Origin: a virus
Strand: one strand, 5' to 3'
IMG/VR virus record: IMGVR_UViG_3300042351_000704
Coordinates: 1 to 64,000 of that record
Length of the DNA: 64,000 nucleotides
The translations under genes and the position numbers were made by a program. Positions 9,073 to 19,184 of the stretch are shown here, one piece after another (position 1 is the stretch's first letter; every line of letters begins with the position of its first letter). Below the pieces are notes generated by a model, which was not told the origin of the DNA, ran no database searches, and saw nothing but the letters and a program-made list of their open reading frames with translations.

Positions 9073-9381
9073 ATGGAAACCCAAGAACTCACCCTGCACC
9101 AGCAGAAGGTAACAATCCTAAGCCGTCTTGTAAAAGATAATCAACTCACTTTGGAAGAGGCCCTGCTTCTTTTAAAGGAGGAGGAGAAGGAACCTGCAGA
9201 AATCACGGTGGCTCCTTATAATCCAAACGGAATTGGGACTATACAATGGAACCCTATGCCTTACACTTCTACAGGTACACTCCTGGTTAACACCAACGGA
9301 AACGTAGGCATTGGAACAACTACCTCTAGCTCCAATACTAAACTCTCTATCAACAGCCCAGATGCTGACCTAAATAATTAA
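9073..9381 (+). CDS. hypothetical protein with a GNVGIGTT motif
   Basis: CCT-ATG start; lies between terL and portal. Confidence 0.7.
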   Translation: METQELTLHQQKVTILSRLVKDNQLTLEEALLLLKEEEKEPAEITVAPYNPNGIGTIQWNPMPYTSTGTLLVNTNGNVGIGTTTSSSNTKLSINSPDADLNN

Positions 9382-9384
9382 TGC

Positions 9385-12135
9385 ATGGAAATATTAAATG
9401 CACTCGACCTCAAGAAGGGGAAGAAAGCTGACTACAACAAGATGGGTACGCTGGTTCAGCCTATTCAGTTCCTTTCAGAAAAGGAAAAGGACGAAGAATG
9501 GAGAGCCTGGAACCTGGATTGGTTAGAATTCCAGGGCATGAAGCAGCTGAGACGCAATGCCCGCAGGCTGATGAAGAACTACAAGCTGGCCAAAGGCATT
9601 ATTGACAAGAGTGACTATATCGTAGAAGAGAATAACGAGATGGCCGACCTGATTGATACCCTGACCAAAGAGGATCAATCAGCACTGGAACTGAAGTTTT
9701 ACCCTATTATACCCAATGTCGTTAACGTACTTGCTAACGAATTTAGCAAACGTACCTCCAAGATCACCTACCGTGCCGTAGACGATAACTCGTACCAGGA
9801 AATGCTTGAAGAAAAGCGTTCCCTGATCGAGGAAACCCTGCTTCAGCAAGCTCAGCAAAAGATGCTGGTAAACATGATCAACATGGGTATGGACCCTGAG
9901 AGCGAGGAAGCAGCCGAGATGATGGCTCCTGAAAACTTAAAGAGCCTTCCTGAAATAGAAGAATTCTTCCGTAAAGACTACCGTTCTATGGTAGAAGAAT
10001 GGGCCACTCACCAGATGAAAGTGGATACCGAACGATTTGGTATGGCTGAACTGGAAGAGCGTGGCTTCAGAGACATGCTGATTGCCGATCGTGAGTTCTG
10101 GCATTTCCAGATGAGGGAAGATGATTACGATATTGAGCTGTGGAACCCGCTGCTTACTTTCTATCACAAGAGTCCCGATGTCCGTTACATCTCCCAGGGT
10201 AACTGGGTGGGTAAGATGGACATGATGAGTGTATCGGATGTGATTGACAAGTTTGGCTGGATGATGAACCAGGAGCAACTAGAAGCCCTGGAAGCGATTT
10301 ACCCTGTACGTTCTGCCGGTTACGCAGTACAGGGATACCAAAATGATGGAACTTATTATGATCCGACCCGATCACACGAATGGAATACGCAAATGCCTTC
10401 CCTGGCTTATAGACAGTTTACTTCTCTTTATGATACCAAGTTTGGAACCGGGGATATTGTGGAGTGGATACTTTCAGATTCTGAAGACACGATTGATTTT
10501 GGCAAGACACATCTCTTACGTGTTACTCAGGCATACTGGAAAAGCCAGCGTAAGGTGGGTCATCTTACCCGCATCAATGAGAACGGAGAGATTTCTCAGG
10601 ACATTATCTCTGAAAACTACAAGGTGACTGAAAAGCCTTTGTACAACACTACGCTGTATAAGCAAAAGAGCAAAGACAACTTAATATTTGGAGAACACAT
10701 TGACTGGATCTGGATCAACGAGACCTGGGGTGGTATCAAGATTGGACCTAACCGTCCTGCATTCTGGGGAATGAACAACCCGGGAGGTATTAACCCGATC
10801 TATCTTGGACTGAATGGCGGTAAGCCAGGACGTATTCCGTTTCAGTTTAAAGGAGACTCAACACTATACGGCTGCAAATTGCCGGTGGAAGGTGCTGTAT
10901 TTGGTGATAGAAACACCCGCAGTATTTCACTGGTAGATTTGATGAAGCCTTACCAGATAGGCTATAACATTGTAAACAATCAGATTGCTGACATCCTCGT
11001 AGACGAGCTTGGTACAGTGATTCTTTTGGACCAGAACGCTTTGCCACGTCACTCTATGGGAGAAGACTGGGGTAAAAATAATCTGGCCAACGCCTATGTG
11101 GCTATGAAGAACTTCCAGATGCTACCGCTGGATACTACCATTACCAATACAGAGAACGCGATGAGCTTCCAGCACTACCAGGTGCTAAACCTCGAGCAGA
11201 CCAACCGTTTGTTAAGCCGTATACAACTGGCTACTTATTTTAAGAACCAGGCTTTTGAAGTGATCGGTCTGAACCCTCAACGTATGGGTCAGCAGATAGC
11301 TCAACAGCAAACTGCCACCGGTATTGAGCAGGCTATGAATGCATCATATGCACAGACTGAGCAATACTTTACCCAGCACTCTGACTACCTGATGCCACGC
11401 GTACATCAAATGCGTACTGACCTGGCACAGTTCTACCATTCTCAAAAGCCAAGCTTACGCCTGCAGTATATTACTACCAATGACGAGAAGGTAAACTTCC
11501 AGATCAATGGTACGGATCTGCTAATGCGTGACTTCAATATATTCTGTACTACTAAGACCAATCAGCGTCAGGTGATGGAGCAACTCCGTAGCCTGGCTAT
11601 GAATAACAACACTACCGGTGCATCAATCTATGACCTGGGTAATGTGATTAAGAGTGAATCAGTGGCTGAGCTTACTGGTGTACTCAAAGATGCAGAACAA
11701 AAGAATATTGCTCAAAAGCAGGCTGAAATGCAACAGCAGCAGCAAATGCAGCAGGAACTTCTGGCTAGTCAGGAAAGACAAAAGCAAATGGATCTGCAGT
11801 TCAAGAGTGATGAAGCAGAGAAAGATCGTCAGAACGATGTTCTTGTGGCCGAAATCCGTGCAGCAGGTTATGGTGCTATGATGGACCTCAATGAAAACAA
11901 GGTGAGTGACTTCAATGACTCGATGAAAGAGATCCGCCAGAGTGACCAGTACCGTGAGCAAATGAGTTTTAAGCGTGAGCAGGAGATCAATAAATCAAGC
12001 ATGAATACCCAGAAGATTGAGCTTGAAAGACAACGCCTGCAAACACAAAGAGAGATAGCAGATAAACAACTGGAAGTGGCGCGCGAGAATAAAAACAAGT
12101 ATGACGTAGCTAAAAAGGACAAGAAATCCAAGTAA
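9385..12135 (+). CDS. portal protein
   Basis: 916 aa after terL; FYPIIPNVVNVL, SLVDLMKPYQI.YNIVNNQ, IGLNPQRMGQ and a Gln-rich coiled-coil tail, as in crAss-like portals. Confidence 0.9.
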   Translation: MEILNALDLKKGKKADYNKMGTLVQPIQFLSEKEKDEEWRAWNLDWLEFQGMKQLRRNARRLMKNYKLAKGIIDKSDYIVEENNEMADLIDTLTKEDQSALELKFYPIIPNVVNVLANEFSKRTSKITYRAVDDNSYQEMLEEKRSLIEETLLQQAQQKMLVNMINMGMDPESEEAAEMMAPENLKSLPEIEEFFRKDYRSMVEEWATHQMKVDTERFGMAELEERGFRDMLIADREFWHFQMREDDYDIELWNPLLTFYHKSPDVRYISQGNWVGKMDMMSVSDVIDKFGWMMNQEQLEALEAIYPVRSAGYAVQGYQNDGTYYDPTRSHEWNTQMPSLAYRQFTSLYDTKFGTGDIVEWILSDSEDTIDFGKTHLLRVTQAYWKSQRKVGHLTRINENGEISQDIISENYKVTEKPLYNTTLYKQKSKDNLIFGEHIDWIWINETWGGIKIGPNRPAFWGMNNPGGINPIYLGLNGGKPGRIPFQFKGDSTLYGCKLPVEGAVFGDRNTRSISLVDLMKPYQIGYNIVNNQIADILVDELGTVILLDQNALPRHSMGEDWGKNNLANAYVAMKNFQMLPLDTTITNTENAMSFQHYQVLNLEQTNRLLSRIQLATYFKNQAFEVIGLNPQRMGQQIAQQQTATGIEQAMNASYAQTEQYFTQHSDYLMPRVHQMRTDLAQFYHSQKPSLRLQYITTNDEKVNFQINGTDLLMRDFNIFCTTKTNQRQVMEQLRSLAMNNNTTGASIYDLGNVIKSESVAELTGVLKDAEQKNIAQKQAEMQQQQQMQQELLASQERQKQMDLQFKSDEAEKDRQNDVLVAEIRAAGYGAMMDLNENKVSDFNDSMKEIRQSDQYREQMSFKREQEINKSSMNTQKIELERQRLQTQREIADKQLEVARENKNKYDVAKKDKKSK

Positions 12136-12214
12136 GGCTTTTTAGTTATAGCGCTATTATACGTACATCAGCTTTCTAAGTTCTACAAGAAGTAAATTCT
12201 TAAGGTTTAAAGTT

Positions 12215-12232
12215 GTATATTTTTAATGTAGA
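12215..12232 (+). promoter_or_regulatory. putative phage late promoter box
   Basis: GTATATTTTTAATGTAGA, shared with other intergenic regions. Confidence 0.55.
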
Positions 12233-12261
12233 GATACACAACAAAAACCAATCCTTTACTT

Positions 12262-13563
12262 ATGGAAAACCAAACAAGTGTACAGACTAATGTACAACAA
12301 GTAGATCTTGATTTAGACAGCTGGTTAGGAGCACCTGGTGCAGACAGCATCGTTACTCCTGCAGGTACAACACCGACAGCTCAAAGTAGTAAACCAAGCA
12401 TCTTTTCTGCAAAGGGTCCAGACCTGTCTTTTTTAGATGATAATGATAATCAAGCTGATACAGATGATGATCAAGACGATAAGAAGACTAGCGACACCGA
12501 CCCTGCTGCTAATAAAGACACTAAAGCACCAGTTTCGCGTGAAACAGTAGATGACCTGGTAAACGGCCTAGATGATGACCAGGATGTAGACCAAAAATCC
12601 AAAGGCGGACGCCCTAAAACAGAGAAATCTGGTCTTGTAGAGTTTCTAAAGAAACGCATAGAGTCAAACGAAATGTTTGCCTTTGATGACTACGATGAAA
12701 GTAAACAATCACTGGAAGACTACTTAGGTGGTCTGGCAGAAAAAGATATAGAAGAGCTCTGGCAGGCAAACGTGGACAACCTTAAAAGTGAGGTGGCCGC
12801 TAAAACCCCGAAAGAGTTTTTTGAATCTCTTCCCGATGAACTCCAATACGCAGCCAAGTATGTGCTGGATGGTGGACAGGATATGAAAAGTCTATTCCGT
12901 GCCCTGGCACAGGTAGAAGAAGTAAGAGAACTGGATCCCACCAAGGATAACGACCAGGAGGTAATTATCCGTAACTACTTGCAAGCCACGCAGTTTGGAT
13001 CAGCTGAAGAGATCGAAGAAGAGCTTACCACCTGGAAAGACCTTGGTGTCCTAGAAAAGAAAGCCAAGCAGTTTAAACCAAAGCTGGACCAGATGCAGGA
13101 AGAAATCGTGCAGGCTCAGCTGGCAGACCAGGAAGCTCGTCAACAACAACAGCACGAAGCAGCGCAGGCTTACACGCACAATGTATTTGAAGCCCTTCGT
13201 CCTGCAGAGATCAACGGACTAAAGCTGGATAAGAAAACCCAGGCTCAACTCTACTCTGGTCTCACCCAACCACAATACCCTTCTATTAGTGGTCGCCCTA
13301 CCAACCTCTTGGGTCACCTTTTAGAAAAGTATCAGTTTGTAGAACCAAACTACCCACTGATTGCAGAAGCCCTGTGGTTGTTATCAGATCCTGAAGGCTA
13401 CCGCGGACAGCTTACCAAGCAAGGTAAGAATGCAGCAGTAGAGCAAACCGTTCGCCAGTTAAAAACGGAACAATCCCGTAAGAACGTGAGCAATGCTTAT
13501 CAGGAAGAAGACGAGCAAAGACCTAGAAAGCTCGTACGCCCGGCTAACATATTCAAACGATAA
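12262..13563 (+). CDS. acidic scaffold-like head protein (conserved gene between portal and MCP)
   Basis: Very acidic disordered N-terminus, helical C-terminus, crAss-like synteny. Confidence 0.75.
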   Translation: MENQTSVQTNVQQVDLDLDSWLGAPGADSIVTPAGTTPTAQSSKPSIFSAKGPDLSFLDDNDNQADTDDDQDDKKTSDTDPAANKDTKAPVSRETVDDLVNGLDDDQDVDQKSKGGRPKTEKSGLVEFLKKRIESNEMFAFDDYDESKQSLEDYLGGLAEKDIEELWQANVDNLKSEVAAKTPKEFFESLPDELQYAAKYVLDGGQDMKSLFRALAQVEEVRELDPTKDNDQEVIIRNYLQATQFGSAEEIEEELTTWKDLGVLEKKAKQFKPKLDQMQEEIVQAQLADQEARQQQQHEAAQAYTHNVFEALRPAEINGLKLDKKTQAQLYSGLTQPQYPSISGRPTNLLGHLLEKYQFVEPNYPLIAEALWLLSDPEGYRGQLTKQGKNAAVEQTVRQLKTEQSRKNVSNAYQEEDEQRPRKLVRPANIFKR

Positions 13564-13600
13564 CCTACTTATTTTATTAACCCCTTAAATCCAATGCCCT

Positions 13601-15220
13601 ATGGCAACCCCTGTTCTTAACAATGGTATATTTCTACGGGATACCAGCTATCAAACTAGCTCGCACGTAGATTCTTACCACCTTTCTAACCTGCTGAAAT
13701 CTGCAGAGCCAACTGATCTTGGTCCTGTTGATTTGTGGGCTATGGCACAAAAGGTAGAAATGCCTTTATACCAAATGTCTTCTTTTGGCGGAAAGAACGT
13801 TATCTCTGTAGACAACGCGCGTGGTGAGTACAAATGGCAAGTGCCTGTTGCTCAAGATCTTCCTTACATCGTTGAAGACATCGAGTCTGCAAACGCTACA
13901 AAAGGTATAGACGGTCAGTCTTTCAAGATCAAGATTAACAAGCGTTCTTTTGGTCATGGTGATATCCTCACTTATGACAAATACAATGGTGTGGAAATGT
14001 ACGTTACTGCAGACGATATTATCCCTGCTGGTGACGGTTTCATCTACACTGTTCAGTTAGTGAATAACGACAACGCGAAGTACTTAGACAATAAGTATCT
14101 GAAAGTTGGCACTAAAGTATTCCGTAAGGGTTCTGCCCGTGGTGAATACGGTGAAAAATTCTCTGATTTAGGTAATGTATCAGCTGGTTTCCGTGAATTC
14201 TACAACTACGTAGGTGGTGCAGAAGCTCACGTACACTACAGCATTAGCTCTCGTGCAGACTTAATGTTAAAAGGTGGAATGAAAGCTGACGGTACAGTTC
14301 CTGTAATCGAAATGTGGAGAAACTTTGACAAAACAACTGATCCTTCTATCACTAGCCTGGAAGACATGGCGTCTAAGATGGGTAAGGACTATGTAAAGAA
14401 AGCATACCAATCAGGTCAACTTTCTCGTACGTTCTTAACTACCCTGGAAGCAGCTCACCTGACTAAGATTGCAAACGACATCGAGACTTACTTAATGTGG
14501 GGTCAAGGTGGTAAGGTTAAGCAAGATGGTCCAGATGACATCCGTCTTTCTGTGGGTCTTTGGAAGCAGTTGGATAATTCTTACAAGCGTATCTACAACA
14601 AAGGTTCTTTCAACTTAGAGCTTTTCAAATCTGAAATCTTCAACTTCTTCAACGGAAAGGTTGAGTTCCAAGGTCCAGATCCTAAGCGTCAGTTGATTGT
14701 ACAAACCGGTATGGGTGGTATGAAACTGGTTAACGAAGCAATTAAGAAGGAAGCTATCAACAGCGGACTTGTTATCAACGCTTCTGAGATTGGTGCTATC
14801 ACTGGTAAAGGTATGGACTTAAACTTTGGTTTTGCTTACACTCAATACGTTATTCCGTTCTTGGCTAACGTGAAGTTTGTACTGAATCCAGCGTTTGACA
14901 ACGTACACACTAATGACATTGAAAACCCAATCATTGATGGTTTCCCTCTGTCTTCTTACAACTTTATCATTTTTGATATCACAGAAAACACTAACGACAA
15001 CATCTACTTGTTGAAGTTAAGCTGGGATAATCAACTGAAGTGGTTCTATCAGAACGGTACCATGGACTACATGGGTCGTACACAAGGTTTCCAAAGCTCT
15101 GGCAACTTTAACGGTTACAGAGTATTCATGACACAAACAATGCCTGCGATCTGGGTTAAAGATCCAACAAAGGTATTGAAGATCGTTATGAGAAACCCGA
15201 TCACTGGTGGATCATTCTAA
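13601..15220 (+). CDS. major capsid protein
   Basis: 539 aa, strong high-expression codon bias, position after portal and scaffold, C-terminal IWVKDPTK. Confidence 0.9.
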   Translation: MATPVLNNGIFLRDTSYQTSSHVDSYHLSNLLKSAEPTDLGPVDLWAMAQKVEMPLYQMSSFGGKNVISVDNARGEYKWQVPVAQDLPYIVEDIESANATKGIDGQSFKIKINKRSFGHGDILTYDKYNGVEMYVTADDIIPAGDGFIYTVQLVNNDNAKYLDNKYLKVGTKVFRKGSARGEYGEKFSDLGNVSAGFREFYNYVGGAEAHVHYSISSRADLMLKGGMKADGTVPVIEMWRNFDKTTDPSITSLEDMASKMGKDYVKKAYQSGQLSRTFLTTLEAAHLTKIANDIETYLMWGQGGKVKQDGPDDIRLSVGLWKQLDNSYKRIYNKGSFNLELFKSEIFNFFNGKVEFQGPDPKRQLIVQTGMGGMKLVNEAIKKEAINSGLVINASEIGAITGKGMDLNFGFAYTQYVIPFLANVKFVLNPAFDNVHTNDIENPIIDGFPLSSYNFIIFDITENTNDNIYLLKLSWDNQLKWFYQNGTMDYMGRTQGFQSSGNFNGYRVFMTQTMPAIWVKDPTKVLKIVMRNPITGGSF

Positions 15221-15225
15221 ATAAC

Positions 15226-15489
15226 TGTACTAGTGTGGGAGGGCCTAGAAATCCTCCCACTTCTGGTACAAACTTGAACAGTAGTCAGTCCGGATAGTAG
15301 CCACCAGCCCAGCTGGATAAAACACCCGCATCAGTCTGACTCATTTGCCTCTCCCTGGATTCATATCCTTGGACCGATACTAAGGACTAAACTCTCTAGT
15401 ATTTCCCCCTAAACCTGTTGTACGCAGACTGGCTGATCACCGGAGAGCTTGCAACTCTCAACAGGTTCGATTTCCGGAATAGATCCGGA
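15226..15489 (+). ncRNA. putative structured RNA in the MCP downstream intergenic region
   Basis: Several stems: TGTACTAG/CTGGTACA enclosing GTGGGAGG/CCTCCCAC; AGTCAG/CTGACT; TCCTTGG/CTAAGGA; AACCTGT/ACAGGTT enclosing GAGAG-CTTGCAA-CTCTC; TCCGGA/TCCGGA. Confidence 0.45.
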
Positions 15490-15514
15490 TTTATAAAAAC
15501 CAAAAAAACCAAAC

Positions 15515-16531
15515 ATGAGTAGTGTAACTATCGTAGAGAAGTATCCACAGAACAAACGTTCAACCATTGCTATCAGACCTTTCTTTGATCCAATGGTAGA
15601 CAACATGGGTCTTCAGAAGTATGGCTTAAGTCTTTTTGACGGTGCCTTTCATGAAGAACCGATTTCTTGTCTTGAGATTAACGGTATCAAAAGATACGTA
15701 ACTGGCTTGAATGAATTTGCTCCTGAAGTGAAAGACCTTCCTTTAGAAGAGCAGGAAGCCAAGATCAAACAAATCAGGGCCGTGATTGCAGAACTTGAAA
15801 AACAACTTGCTGCAAACGTAATTGATATTACTGATGAACAGTTCTGGAACAAAGTGAAACTCTTAAAACCAGACAATAATGAGTTTTGGGATAGAATCAA
15901 GGTTAGATGCAGTAATGAACCAGTATACCTGGAGCCGGAGAAAGATCCGTATGATCTAATCAGACTTTACGCTATTGAAGCCGGTGGATTTTCTATTGTA
16001 GCAAAATCATTGGAAGAAGCAAGAAGAATGCCGGTGCCTCCTAAGTTCTACTTAGACAAGCTGGAAGAAACTGCTTCTATACAAACTGAGGTTAAGAAGC
16101 TTCGTAACAAAGCTCTTGCAGAACTTCAGAAGTTATTTGACAAAAACCAGAACAAGTTACTATACGTAGCAAAAGTGCTGGATCCAAATTCAGCTCAGTA
16201 TAAGAAAACCACACCGAACGATGTTATCTATGACAATATGGATAAATACATCAACGGAGAACTGGTAGAAAAAGACAAGCGTAAAACAGGACAACGTTTC
16301 CTGGATGCTGCTAACCTGGATATGGAAACCTTAAAGATCCGTGCGATCGTAAAAGATGCGGGTTACTTTAAGTTTATTTCTCCAAAAGCAGACGGATTTA
16401 TCTACCACATGAAGACAGGTACTATGATGGGCAGAACGCCTTCAGACGTAGCGGAATTCTTAAAGAATCCTTTGAACGAAGAGGTCCTGATGGATCTGCA
16501 AAAATCAGTTGAGAAATACTGGAACCAGTAA
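15515..16531 (+). CDS. conserved crAss-like protein following MCP
   Basis: Synteny and size (338 aa). Confidence 0.75.
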   Translation: MSSVTIVEKYPQNKRSTIAIRPFFDPMVDNMGLQKYGLSLFDGAFHEEPISCLEINGIKRYVTGLNEFAPEVKDLPLEEQEAKIKQIRAVIAELEKQLAANVIDITDEQFWNKVKLLKPDNNEFWDRIKVRCSNEPVYLEPEKDPYDLIRLYAIEAGGFSIVAKSLEEARRMPVPPKFYLDKLEETASIQTEVKKLRNKALAELQKLFDKNQNKLLYVAKVLDPNSAQYKKTTPNDVIYDNMDKYINGELVEKDKRKTGQRFLDAANLDMETLKIRAIVKDAGYFKFISPKADGFIYHMKTGTMMGRTPSDVAEFLKNPLNEEVLMDLQKSVEKYWNQ

Positions 16532-16537
16532 TAGACT

Positions 16538-17236
16538 ATGACAAATGCTCTCCTACAGATAAAGATTAAGCAACGGCTCAACAAGCTGGCTTCTATGGAC
16601 TATGATAACATAGAGTGTTGGCAGATCCAGGAAGCGTTTAACAAAGCGCAACTGGAATGGATCCGCAAGCAGATGTACGGAATCAACATCCGTAAAGAAG
16701 GCACCGAGCAGTCTACCGGACTAATCGATGACTTACGTATCCTGCTGAAAAGCGTTAGCCCGCAACCGATCAACAAAAAAACATTTGCTGAAGTGACGCT
16801 GCCTGCAGATTACATGTACTACGTAAGAACAGACGTACATGCTAAATCAGATTGCTGCCCGGAGAGACGCATGACTGTTTATGAAGTAGAAGAAGCCAAT
16901 ATGGGTTTACTGCTTACTTCTGATACAAAAGGACCCAGCTGGGAATGGGCGGAAACGCTTAGCACCCTGGTAGGAGATAAGCTCAGGGTGTATACCAATG
17001 ATGAGTTTACAATTACTTCCCTGGATCTTTTATACTACCGTAAACCAGCCTATGTAGCTTTTAACGGATGCGTGGATCCAAGCACAGGAACTGTAAATAC
17101 CAGAGATGTTGTCTGTGAATTTAAAGATGACATTGCAGAAATCTTGGTAGATGAAGCAGCTTCGATCCTGGCAGGAGACATTGAAAGTCTAACACAATAT
17201 CAAAGACTTACTCAAGAAGTACAAAACAATAGCTAA
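16538..17236 (+). CDS. head-tail adaptor/ring protein
   Basis: LNK..S..Y..I....I..AFNKAQ N-terminus and YYRKP...CEF....EILVDEA C-terminus, typical of crAss-like ring proteins. Confidence 0.7.
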   Translation: MTNALLQIKIKQRLNKLASMDYDNIECWQIQEAFNKAQLEWIRKQMYGINIRKEGTEQSTGLIDDLRILLKSVSPQPINKKTFAEVTLPADYMYYVRTDVHAKSDCCPERRMTVYEVEEANMGLLLTSDTKGPSWEWAETLSTLVGDKLRVYTNDEFTITSLDLLYYRKPAYVAFNGCVDPSTGTVNTRDVVCEFKDDIAEILVDEAASILAGDIESLTQYQRLTQEVQNNS

Positions 17237-17238
17237 CA

Positions 17239-17655
17239 ATGGCCCTAGTAAAATTACAAAGACCAGGTGCTGATTCACTGGATACAAAGACAGCAGCTTG
17301 TGTAACAGAGTTGATGAACTCAGCTTTTAGTTTTCATAAGCTACATTTAAAAATAACCGGGGCTGGATCTTATGCTGCTCACAAAGCGCTGAATGAAGCC
17401 TACGATGCCATGCCTGGTCACGCAGATGCACTGGCAGAAGGATACCAGGGTGCAGTTGAAAAGTTGCTGGATGTAAAAGAAACAGCACCAAGAACCCTGA
17501 ACACCGTAGAAGAAGGTCTTGCTTACCTGCGTGAAATTAAAGAGATGGTAATTAGCCTGCAAGCCATCATGCCGCACACAGAGATTGTGAACGACCTGGA
17601 CAACGTAAAAAGTACGATCAACAGCATTAAGTATAAGCTGTTGTTCCTTAAATAA
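17239..17655 (+). CDS. Dps/ferritin-like protein
   Basis: FHKLHLKITG.GSYAAHKALNEAYD.....ADALAEGYQG: ferroxidase-type H/D/E residues; C-terminal YKLLFLK. Confidence 0.75.
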   Translation: MALVKLQRPGADSLDTKTAACVTELMNSAFSFHKLHLKITGAGSYAAHKALNEAYDAMPGHADALAEGYQGAVEKLLDVKETAPRTLNTVEEGLAYLREIKEMVISLQAIMPHTEIVNDLDNVKSTINSIKYKLLFLK

Positions 17656-17692
17656 CTGTTTTTTTATTTATTAACCCCAAAATCTAATACCT

Positions 17693-19042
17693 ATGTATTT
17701 TCCACATGCGTTTAGAAAGTCGTTCCTACCTGCTAGTACGACTTTAAGAACATCAGGAACTACTGCCGCTTTAACAGCTGGTCAGGTAGGTTTCTTCGAT
17801 GCAAAGACTTTTGCAGCCTTATCAACAGGTGCAAACAGTCCGTTTATCCTGGCTCAAGGTTCTTACTTTGCTGCTGACAAAATTGGCCCCGTACACGGTG
17901 GTTACAAAGAGTCTGTTAAGTCTAAAGTAATCAACCCTAAGTACATCAGCCGTTTGATCAAAGTAAGCGGTAAAGCTTCTAAGAACCAAATCGTTAAGAT
18001 TGACGCTTCTGCTTGTGCAGGTGTTACTTGTGACAGCACTTTCCGTCTTCGTCTTGACGTTAAAGGTTCTCCAGCTTTACGTTTCTTAAGCCACAACCTT
18101 TACAAGACTTTAGATGCTTACAGCGGATGTTGTGATGTATCTAAGAGTGCTGTTGACCAGGCTGTGATCCTTTTGAAATGGGCAGACCAAATCAATGAAG
18201 CTCCTTTATTGAAAGATTTCATCCAAGCTAAAGTATGGTTAGAAACTACAGCTTCTGTAGCTATCGATCCTACTGCTGGTTTAGCTGTTATCTCTGTAGC
18301 TAATGCTGATGCAGCATTGTTTCAACCTGGTGAAAAAGTAGTTCATTCTTCTTTAGCTCCAAACAGCTTAGTTTTATTAGTTGGTGCTGCTGATTCAGCT
18401 AGTTCTGGTAATACAAGAATTACTCTTACTCAGAATGCTGTAAGTTCAACTAACGGTAATGCTGCTATTTTTAGTGCACAAACTACTGCTGGTTACACTC
18501 CTGCTACAACAAGCCTTGGATCTGTAAATGTTCACATGGACATTATCACAGCTTATGTGGACACTACATTCGGTACATGTACTTTTACTCCTACCGATAA
18601 GTATGATTTAGAGCCGTTGTTTGTGTATGCTTCTATCGTAGACGAGTCTGGTGACCCATGTGCTACAACTTGTTTCAGTTTCTCTGAAGTACAGGCTCCT
18701 GTACAAGCTTCAGGTGTTGGTGAAACAGTTCTGCGTGAGTTGATCTTAGATGGTCGTTACTTACAGAATGCTTATCCTGACAGCAGCCGTGTAGACAGCC
18801 TGCGTATGCGTGAGATCGAAGCTGATCCAGCTTTAGCTACCGTAAACCGTAGTGGTCTGTATGATCAAGTATTGATCCTGCACAATGTTCCACGTTTCAA
18901 CAACCCAACAAGCACATTTGACAATGATCAGTACTTGTTAGTAGTTCACGTACCAGCTGGTACTAGCACTGTTAGCATCACTGACTTCGTAAGAGATGCT
19001 TGTACAGCGGCAAACAACGCGGTAACTCTGGAGACTTACTAA
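17693..19042 (+). CDS. abundant virion structural protein (auxiliary capsid-like)
   Basis: MCP-like codon bias; followed by a terminator; conserved module position. Confidence 0.7.
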   Translation: MYFPHAFRKSFLPASTTLRTSGTTAALTAGQVGFFDAKTFAALSTGANSPFILAQGSYFAADKIGPVHGGYKESVKSKVINPKYISRLIKVSGKASKNQIVKIDASACAGVTCDSTFRLRLDVKGSPALRFLSHNLYKTLDAYSGCCDVSKSAVDQAVILLKWADQINEAPLLKDFIQAKVWLETTASVAIDPTAGLAVISVANADAALFQPGEKVVHSSLAPNSLVLLVGAADSASSGNTRITLTQNAVSSTNGNAAIFSAQTTAGYTPATTSLGSVNVHMDIITAYVDTTFGTCTFTPTDKYDLEPLFVYASIVDESGDPCATTCFSFSEVQAPVQASGVGETVLRELILDGRYLQNAYPDSSRVDSLRMREIEADPALATVNRSGLYDQVLILHNVPRFNNPTSTFDNDQYLLVVHVPAGTSTVSITDFVRDACTAANNAVTLETY

Positions 19043-19062
19043 GTCTACCTATAACGTTCCTT

Positions 19063-19099
19063 AAAAGAGGGAGTGGTCTATATGGACCCTCCCTTTTTT
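19063..19099 (+). terminator. Rho-independent terminator
   Basis: AAAAGAGGGAGTGGTC-loop-GACCCTCCCTTTTTT. Confidence 0.8.
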
Positions 19100-19124
19100 A
19101 TTTTGGTAAAGTGCCTGAAAAATG

Positions 19125-19143
19125 TTATATTATTTATGAGTAG
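19125..19143 (+). promoter_or_regulatory. putative phage late promoter box (variant)
   Basis: TTATATTATTTATGAGTAG immediately after the terminator. Confidence 0.4.
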
Positions 19144-19184
19144 TATACTCATTTTACCCTCCAAAACTTCATAAGTTTAATCCG

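Noticed and set aside
6872-15220. Introns or inteins in terL, portal or MCP
   Set aside because: The ORFs are uninterrupted and of ordinary length, with no intein or homing-endonuclease motifs seen.
15226-15270. Intrinsic terminator after MCP
   Set aside because: The hairpin is strong but has no U-tract. More likely a stability or processing structure.
15443-15459. A genuine tRNA-Ala(UGC) gene
   Set aside because: Only one arm fits and no full cloverleaf can be built around it. Reported instead as a tRNA-like element.
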